Assembly: GCA_963674965.2 (NCBI GenBank)
Contig: CAXXFL010000005.1
Span: 160,001-224,000, forward strand
Length of the DNA stretch: 64,000 bases
Reading direction: 5' to 3'
DNA from: a bacterium
Lineage (GTDB): Bacteria; RBG-13-61-14; DATKZS01
Below are positions 58,290 to 64,000 of the stretch, one piece after another. The notes beneath the pieces were generated by a model. That model did not search any database, was not told the DNA's origin, and worked only from the letters and a program-made list of their open reading frames with translations. Each line of letters begins with the position of its first letter. Position 1 is the first letter of the stretch. The position numbers and the translations under genes are program-made.

Positions 58290-59876
58290 TTATTCCGAAG
58301 CTTGGCCGGGGAAGAGGGCGGCCGCGGCCTGGGGGGGCGCGTTAAAGATTATCGCCGTTTCCGGACAAGGATTTATGGTCTCGACGCCGTCCAGGTTGGC
58401 CAGGGCGTCATGGATGGGCTTCATCATGGCGCCCTCCGGGTTTGGTACCACTATGGCCGTGGGCAGGCCAAGTCGGAAGGCGCGGTCGACTTCATCGACG
58501 TATTCTTGCCGGCGATCGATCGGCGAGCGAGATCGGGCCTTGATCTTGCCTCGGCTCTCGAAGATGAGGTTCCATTTAAAGTCCATGTCCGCGACGAAGA
58601 CGTGGCTTACTCCCCTTGCCTCGAGGGCCGAGATGGTATCGCGCGCGCAGGCCCGGCTCATCTTGTAGCCGACTCCGGGGTTATGGAAAGTCGGCCGGCT
58701 AAGGGCCTGGGCCGTGACGAGCAGTCCCGATCCCGCGAGAAGGAAAAGGACCGCGCCGAACGCTCGGGGATGGCTTGGCCATAAAAGTCCGATAACCGCC
58801 GCCCCTCCCACGCAGGCGAAGGGGTAGGCGGCCAGAAGGTGTCTCGGGGCAAGAGCCGAGTCGGGAACCAGCCAGAGCGCCGCGAAGGTGGACGGAATGG
58901 GCAGCGCGATAAGTCCGGCCACGATTAGACCCGGCCCTCGAGCGGCGAGGCGAGCGTTTTTCAAGGCCGCGACGGCGACGTATATAAAGGCCAGGGCCCA
59001 TATCGAGGCGGCGGCTTTCTCGATGGTATCGAGCTCGAACGCTATGGGGTCGAGATAAGGAGTGAATATTCCCGTGACGGCCCTCGTGATCGACTCGCTC
59101 GAGGCCCGGCTTCCCAGGTCGGAGATTATGGGGGAGGACCAGGCCGATCGGCCCGCGGGCGTGAGCAGCGTTAACGCTCCCACCAGAGCGGGTCCGCCTA
59201 AAAGCACAAATGACCACTTGCGGTCCTGGAGTAAAATGGCGATGAACGCGAGGAGCCATATGGAGGCCGCCGCCGGAGCGGCCGAGGGCTGGCACCACGC
59301 GGCCAGGGCCGCCGCGAGCCCGGCGAGAAAATATCCACCCCGCGATTGCGTATCGGCGCCGGCTTCCCGCCTCGCCGACCTTGCCGCGAAGAGGGCCGCC
59401 GCGAGGAGCAGGACAAGGGCGGGCAGATGGCCGCCGCGCGTCTTCATGGACCATTCGGCCGCGCAGGGGGCGGAGCCCGCCAGGATAAGGGCCGTGAGAC
59501 CGGCCGTTTTTCCGTAAGTCCTCCAGGCGAGCGCGCCGGCGAGAGTTAAGGCCGATATCCAGAACAAAAGCCCCACGGCTTTAAGGACAACCCCTGATGG
59601 AGAGAAAAGCTTAAAGGCGGCGGCCGCCAGATGGGCCTCGAGTCCGGCCCCCGCCCCGTAATTTTGTCCGTAAAAGTAGACCGGATGTTCCTGGCCCGAG
59701 GCCACGTTGAGGGCCATGATCCCGACCACGCACTCGTCCGCGTCGGGAACGGTCCTTCCCGCCGCCATGGCCCACAGCCTTATGGCCAGGGCGACCAGGA
59801 GAACGATCGCCGCGAAATAAAAAAGTATGGGGCGAGTCGAACTCCCGGTGCTTTTTATACGGTCGCCGTTTTTCAC
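58290..59876 (-). CDS. Polytopic GT-C-fold (family 39/ArnT-like) membrane glycosyltransferase
   Basis: DADE.VVG.MA...G...YFYGQ.Y first loop; many transmembrane helices; RH.L..YP motif. Confidence 0.65.
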   Translation of the reverse strand: MKNGDRIKSTGSSTRPILFYFAAIVLLVALAIRLWAMAAGRTVPDADECVVGIMALNVASGQEHPVYFYGQNYGAGAGLEAHLAAAAFKLFSPSGVVLKAVGLLFWISALTLAGALAWRTYGKTAGLTALILAGSAPCAAEWSMKTRGGHLPALVLLLAAALFAARSARREAGADTQSRGGYFLAGLAAALAAWCQPSAAPAAASIWLLAFIAILLQDRKWSFVLLGGPALVGALTLLTPAGRSAWSSPIISDLGSRASSESITRAVTGIFTPYLDPIAFELDTIEKAAASIWALAFIYVAVAALKNARLAARGPGLIVAGLIALPIPSTFAALWLVPDSALAPRHLLAAYPFACVGGAAVIGLLWPSHPRAFGAVLFLLAGSGLLVTAQALSRPTFHNPGVGYKMSRACARDTISALEARGVSHVFVADMDFKWNLIFESRGKIKARSRSPIDRRQEYVDEVDRAFRLGLPTAIVVPNPEGAMMKPIHDALANLDGVETINPCPETAIIFNAPPQAAAALFPGQASE

Positions 59877-59938
59877 GCTATTAATCTACCAGATAAAAAT
59901 TGAGGAATAAAAGGAATTTATGGATTTCAAAATAGTCC

Positions 59939-59968
59939 TTGACATGTCTCGGGGGTCGTTAATATAAT
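59939..59968 (+). promoter_or_regulatory. Consensus sigma70 promoter
   Basis: TTGACA (59939-59944), 18 bp spacer, TATAAT (59963-59968). Confidence 0.7.
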
Positions 59969-59991
59969 CTGGCATACGCTTTGGAGAACGT

Positions 59992-61020
59992 TTGTTATCT
60001 GGAAAAGTAAATATCTTCGGCGCCGCCCTGGACTTCCTGGACGACCCGGAAAGGATCGGCGTGAAAAACGCCTATCTTGCCGCGCTGAAGCGGGGACTCG
60101 ATTCGTCCGCGCTTCCCGCCGACCCTTATGACGCCATCGCTCCTTTGGCGCTCGAGCTGCTGGACGGACCGGCCCGGGCCGCGGGCAAGGTCAAGACTCC
60201 GGGCAGGTTCACGCCCAGGCCGCCGGCCAAGGAGGCGGGCAAGGTCACGGCCGAGGCCTGCCGCGAGTTCATGGACTCGGGAGGACCGGCCAAAGCGGTG
60301 GCGGCGTGCGCCGATTATTTCGCGTCCCTCCTTCCTTCCATACCGGTGATGATCGGAGTTGACCACATGCTGACGGCGGGTCCCATCACGGCGCTCAGCC
60401 GGTCGAGAAGGACAAAGGACCTGGCGGTGGTGGTGATCGACTCACACTTTGACGCGGTCCCACCCGCGGCCAGGGCCCCCGCCGGGGTGGACGCGAGTTT
60501 CGGAGGCGGCGAGCTTTGCGGCGACTTCCTGGCCGCGCTGATGGAAAGCGGCAGGCTTTCCCCCGACCGTCTTTTCGTGGTCGGTCCTTCCGACCACCCG
60601 GGCGGCATGGGCGAGGGGTCCAGATACGCCAGGGCCTACCATTACTGGATCGAGAACGGAGTAAGGGTCTACCCCAAGAGCAGGGCCCTGGAGCCAGGCT
60701 TCGAGGAATTCCTGGCGGACGAGATCGGACAATGCGGGGCGGACTCGATTTACGTCAGCCTTGACGCCGACGCGGGCTCGGTCGAGTGCATGAACGCGGT
60801 CCGCTTTATGGACTGCGTGGGTCTTCCCGAGGAAAAGATTATGGGGATCGCCGCCTCGCTGAACGGGCTGATAAGAGATGGAGACGCGGCCCTGGCCGGT
60901 CTCGACGTTTGCGAGGTTGACGTTCATTTATTGGACCTGGTCGGGCCGGACGGCAAGCCCGACCGCACCGCCGGCGTTTGCGCCAGGTTTATCGCGACGC
61001 TGCTGGGAGGAAGCGCATGA
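59992..61020 (+). CDS. Divergent arginase/ureohydrolase-family protein
   Basis: GVDH, VIDSHFD, YVSLDAD and DVCE correspond to the family motifs GGDH, DAHxD, SxDxD and DxVE. Confidence 0.75.
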   Translation: MLSGKVNIFGAALDFLDDPERIGVKNAYLAALKRGLDSSALPADPYDAIAPLALELLDGPARAAGKVKTPGRFTPRPPAKEAGKVTAEACREFMDSGGPAKAVAACADYFASLLPSIPVMIGVDHMLTAGPITALSRSRRTKDLAVVVIDSHFDAVPPAARAPAGVDASFGGGELCGDFLAALMESGRLSPDRLFVVGPSDHPGGMGEGSRYARAYHYWIENGVRVYPKSRALEPGFEEFLADEIGQCGADSIYVSLDADAGSVECMNAVRFMDCVGLPEEKIMGIAASLNGLIRDGDAALAGLDVCEVDVHLLDLVGPDGKPDRTAGVCARFIATLLGGSA

Positions 61021-62729
61021 TTCAATCCAGGTTCAGGGCCGGGGACAAGACCCGGAAGGAAATTTTAAAGGCCCTGGTCGACGCGGTCGGGGAAGGGGCG
61101 GCCACCGACAACCCGGGGGTGTTGTACTCGTACTCGGGCACGAGCATGGCCTTTCCCAAGGCCCTTCCCGACTTCGTGGTTCGGCCGAGGACGGTTGAGG
61201 ACGTCCAGCGCGTGGTCAAGATCGCGGGCAAGTACCAGGTACCGGTTACGCCCGTGGCCAGCGGCACCCAGGAGCCGGGCACCTACCCATGGTTCGGCGG
61301 CGTCGTGATCGACACCATGGCCATGGACAGGATTCACGAGATCAACCTCGAGGGCGGCTACGCCGTGATCGAGCCCGGCGTGGCCATCGGAAGACTGGCG
61401 AACGAGCTCGAGCCCCTCGGGTACCGGATAACCACCGGCAGCTTCCCGCCAGGCGTCAGCGCCCTGGGCAACTACCTCATGACCGCGGTCAACAGCCATC
61501 GAGGCTCGGGACCCATGGACGACATACTCGGGCTCGAGGTGGTGCTGGCCGACGGGACCGTCTTCAGGACCGGAAGCGCCGCCTGGTCGGCCACCTACAA
61601 GAACACCGGCTGGCACGCGCCCACCAACGGCTTCCCCAATATCAAGAACATGTTCATCGACTCCGCCGGCACCCTGGGCGTGGTGACGAGGGGAGCGGTC
61701 AGGATTTACAGCCTGGGCGAGACCCGGGCCCTGCCGCTGGCCGCCTTCGACGACTTTCCCTCCACTCTCAAGTACATGATGGCCCTGGCCCGGAACAACG
61801 TGGTCCAGCACGCCTGCTGCTGGCACTGGACGCTCTACACCATCATCGACCATTTGGGACGATACGGAAGGGGAGCCCCCGCCGACGTCCTGGTTTACGA
61901 GCCCTGGATCAAGCCCGACGACAGGCCCTATTTGATCGCCGTGCCCACCATCGCCGGGTTCAAGGAAAACGTGGAGGGATCGGTCAAGGCCGCCGAGCGC
62001 CTGGCCAGGGAGCACGGCGGCAGGCCCTTCGTGGACGAGTGCAAGGAAAAGTGGAGCGGGGCCTGGAAGTTCTTCGCCGACCACTACCGGGACCACAAGG
62101 CCACCTCCCAGTTCATGGGGGGATACGGCGAGGGTTTCCCCATGATGCCCATCGTCATCGCCGATCCCAGGAAAATTACCGGACTCGAGGAATGGGGCCT
62201 CAAGTTCCTTCGCAAAAAAGGTCTCAACCTGGGACTCACCTACTACAGCCACGTCATGGACCAGGGAAGGGCCGTGTTCCTGCGCATGACTCCATTTATC
62301 AGCGGAGAGTCAACCGAGAAGGAAAAACAAAAGGCCGCCGAAACGAGAAAGCAGTACATGGAGCAGGCCTACCAGCGCTACGGCGCCGTGCCCATCCGGT
62401 TCGATCCCAGCTACGAGGACGGAGAGCTCTTGGCCAAGGGCGGCGGACTTAAAAAGGCCCTCCAAAAAATCAAGTACGGGCTCGACCCGGAAAACATTAT
62501 GAACTCGGGCATGAGCGTCCAGATGTACGGGACCCCTCCCAAAAAGACCGCGCCCGCCCGAAAGAAGGCAACCGCCGCGAGGAAAAAAACCGCCCCCGCC
62601 AAAAAAGCGGCGTCCGTTAAAAAAGCGGCCAAGACCAAAAAAGCGGTCAAGATAAAAAAGACGGCGGCCAGGAGCGCGAGGAAGACGGCGGCCAAGCGCC
62701 GCAAGTCGACCGCGGGAAAGAGAGGATAA
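61017..62729 (+). CDS. FAD-binding oxidoreductase (VAO/GlcD-like) with Lys/Ala-rich C-terminal tail
   Basis: PDFVVRP.TVEDV, IEPGV, GLEVVLADG, GTLGVVT and LDPENIMN.G motifs; ATGA overlap with the upstream gene. Confidence 0.85.
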   Translation: MIQSRFRAGDKTRKEILKALVDAVGEGAATDNPGVLYSYSGTSMAFPKALPDFVVRPRTVEDVQRVVKIAGKYQVPVTPVASGTQEPGTYPWFGGVVIDTMAMDRIHEINLEGGYAVIEPGVAIGRLANELEPLGYRITTGSFPPGVSALGNYLMTAVNSHRGSGPMDDILGLEVVLADGTVFRTGSAAWSATYKNTGWHAPTNGFPNIKNMFIDSAGTLGVVTRGAVRIYSLGETRALPLAAFDDFPSTLKYMMALARNNVVQHACCWHWTLYTIIDHLGRYGRGAPADVLVYEPWIKPDDRPYLIAVPTIAGFKENVEGSVKAAERLAREHGGRPFVDECKEKWSGAWKFFADHYRDHKATSQFMGGYGEGFPMMPIVIADPRKITGLEEWGLKFLRKKGLNLGLTYYSHVMDQGRAVFLRMTPFISGESTEKEKQKAAETRKQYMEQAYQRYGAVPIRFDPSYEDGELLAKGGGLKKALQKIKYGLDPENIMNSGMSVQMYGTPPKKTAPARKKATAARKKTAPAKKAASVKKAAKTKKAVKIKKTAARSARKTAAKRRKSTAGKRG

Positions 62730-62733
62730 AGAC

Positions 62734-63900
62734 ATGCCGCTCTCGAGAGACAACGATTACTCGATGTACCTTTATACCTGCAACCGCTGCCGGGGCTGCA
62801 CGGTCTTGCCCTCCCCCTCGATGAAGCCCTTTTGCCCGGCCTACTCGATGTTCGGCTTTTTCGCCTACTCGGGGGGAGGCAAGGGCTACGTGGCCCAGGG
62901 CATACTCGAGGGCAAGGTCGAGCCCTCCGCCGAGGTGGCCCAGGTGGCGGCCAACTGCCTTCTCTGCGGCGCCTGCGCCCAGGCCTGTCCCCCCGGCTTC
63001 GACACCATGGCCTTCATCCGCGACCTCCGCGACCACATGGGACAAAAGGGCATTTACGCCAACGCCGCGCAGGAGAGGCTCATCGAAAATACTCACAAAT
63101 ACGACAACCCCTGGGGAAAGTCCCGGGCCGTTCCACGGGCCCCCCTCTTCTCGGGCGAAAAGGAAATCCTCGTCTGGCTGGGATGCAGGGAGAGGATGAG
63201 AGCGGAGCTTCTGCCCGGCCTGAAAAAGATACTCGAGGCGGCCGGCGTGAGTTGGGGCGTTCTGGCCGACGAGTACTGCTGCGGCGCGCCCCTTATCGAC
63301 CTGGGCGACCGGAAGGGGTTCATGAAGAAGGCGGCCGACGTCATCGAGGCCGTTAACGCCTCCGGCGCCGAGCGGGTCCTCGTCCTGTGCCCCCATTGCG
63401 CGGCCACCATGATGGTGGACTACATGGAGGCCGGCGACCTCGAGGTCGATCCCGTAACCCTCCCCTCCTTCCTTGCCGAGTTGATCGCCGATGAGAGGAT
63501 ATCGCTTGGCGAGGCCGAAGAGACGGTGACCTTCCACGACCCGTGCCGCCTGGCCAAGCGGCTCGAGGAGCAGGACCCGGCGCGGGAAATCCTGGAGGCC
63601 GCCCCCGGCCTCGAGCTCCGCGAGATGGAAAGGAGAGGAGAATGGGGATGGTGCTGCGGCTCCGGGGCCTGGGCCCCCTTGGTCGCGCCCAAGCTCAGCA
63701 GGTACGCGGCCCGGGAAAGGATAAAGGAGGCCGGGGAAACGGGGGCCGACAAGATAGTCACCGCCTGTTCCTATTGCACCGAGCTCCTCGGCCGCCAGGC
63801 CAAGGGGACCGGCAAGGTCGAGCATATCGTGTCCCTGGTGGCCGGCCGCGTAAGGCCGGGAAGACCGGAGGAAGAGGATGGAGAGTCGGGCGGAGAATAG
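62734..63900 (+). CDS. Fe-S oxidoreductase, GlcF/HdrD-like (ferredoxin + two CCG domains)
   Basis: CNRCRGC, CLLCGACAQACP, CCG, CPHC, HDPCRL, CCGSG and TACSYC motifs. Confidence 0.88.
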   Translation: MPLSRDNDYSMYLYTCNRCRGCTVLPSPSMKPFCPAYSMFGFFAYSGGGKGYVAQGILEGKVEPSAEVAQVAANCLLCGACAQACPPGFDTMAFIRDLRDHMGQKGIYANAAQERLIENTHKYDNPWGKSRAVPRAPLFSGEKEILVWLGCRERMRAELLPGLKKILEAAGVSWGVLADEYCCGAPLIDLGDRKGFMKKAADVIEAVNASGAERVLVLCPHCAATMMVDYMEAGDLEVDPVTLPSFLAELIADERISLGEAEETVTFHDPCRLAKRLEEQDPAREILEAAPGLELREMERRGEWGWCCGSGAWAPLVAPKLSRYAARERIKEAGETGADKIVTACSYCTELLGRQAKGTGKVEHIVSLVAGRVRPGRPEEEDGESGGE

Positions 63901-63927
63901 CTCAAACAAGCCGCGGGAGGAATTGAA

Positions 63928-64000
63928 ATGACCGAGGAACTTTACCAAAGGATGAACGACTTTTATAACAACAGCTCGCTTGCCCAAAAGATAGCCGCGC
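63928..64000 (+). CDS. Start of the next gene (truncated by the window edge)
   Basis: GGAGG then ATG 63928; frame is open to the end (MTEELYQRMNDFYNNSS...). Confidence 0.5.
   Translation, partial: MTEELYQRMNDFYNNSSLAQKIAA

Overview
GC-rich bacterial chromosome segment; gene content and style suggest a deltaproteobacterium-like lineage (inference only). Housekeeping and metabolic genes: pabA-pabB, a COG1237 metallo-hydrolase, a glucuronokinase-like GHMP kinase with a nucleotidyltransferase, sirC-like, greA, recG, CIRCE-controlled groES-groEL, pgpA-cinA-smpB, an sfsA/GIY-YIG fusion and an arginase-fold/FAD-oxidoreductase/Fe-S operon. Three accessory blocks stand out. (1) An AT-richer island (~7.9-13.6 kb) of secreted proteins and lipoproteins behind a sigma70-like promoter whose -35/-10 spacer contains a G16 run, a candidate phase-variable switch. 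(2) A GT2 + cobalamin radical SAM + three radical SAM/SPASM-twitch cluster (24.3-31.0 kb), in which the GT2 and the B12 enzyme appear to share a C-terminal beta-sandwich domain. (3) A 22-kb surface-protein block (31.2-53.2 kb): a tail-fibre-like protein and two giant paralogous Ca-binding exoproteins (2893 and 3358 aa). The two giants have different N-terminal beta-propellers on a shared chassis carrying a clan CD (C13/legumain-like) His-Cys peptidase and a dockerin-like C-terminus, and the second shows mosaic codon usage. No rRNA, tRNA, CRISPR array, integrase or transposase was recognised. All calls are by eye from motifs; no database searches were run.
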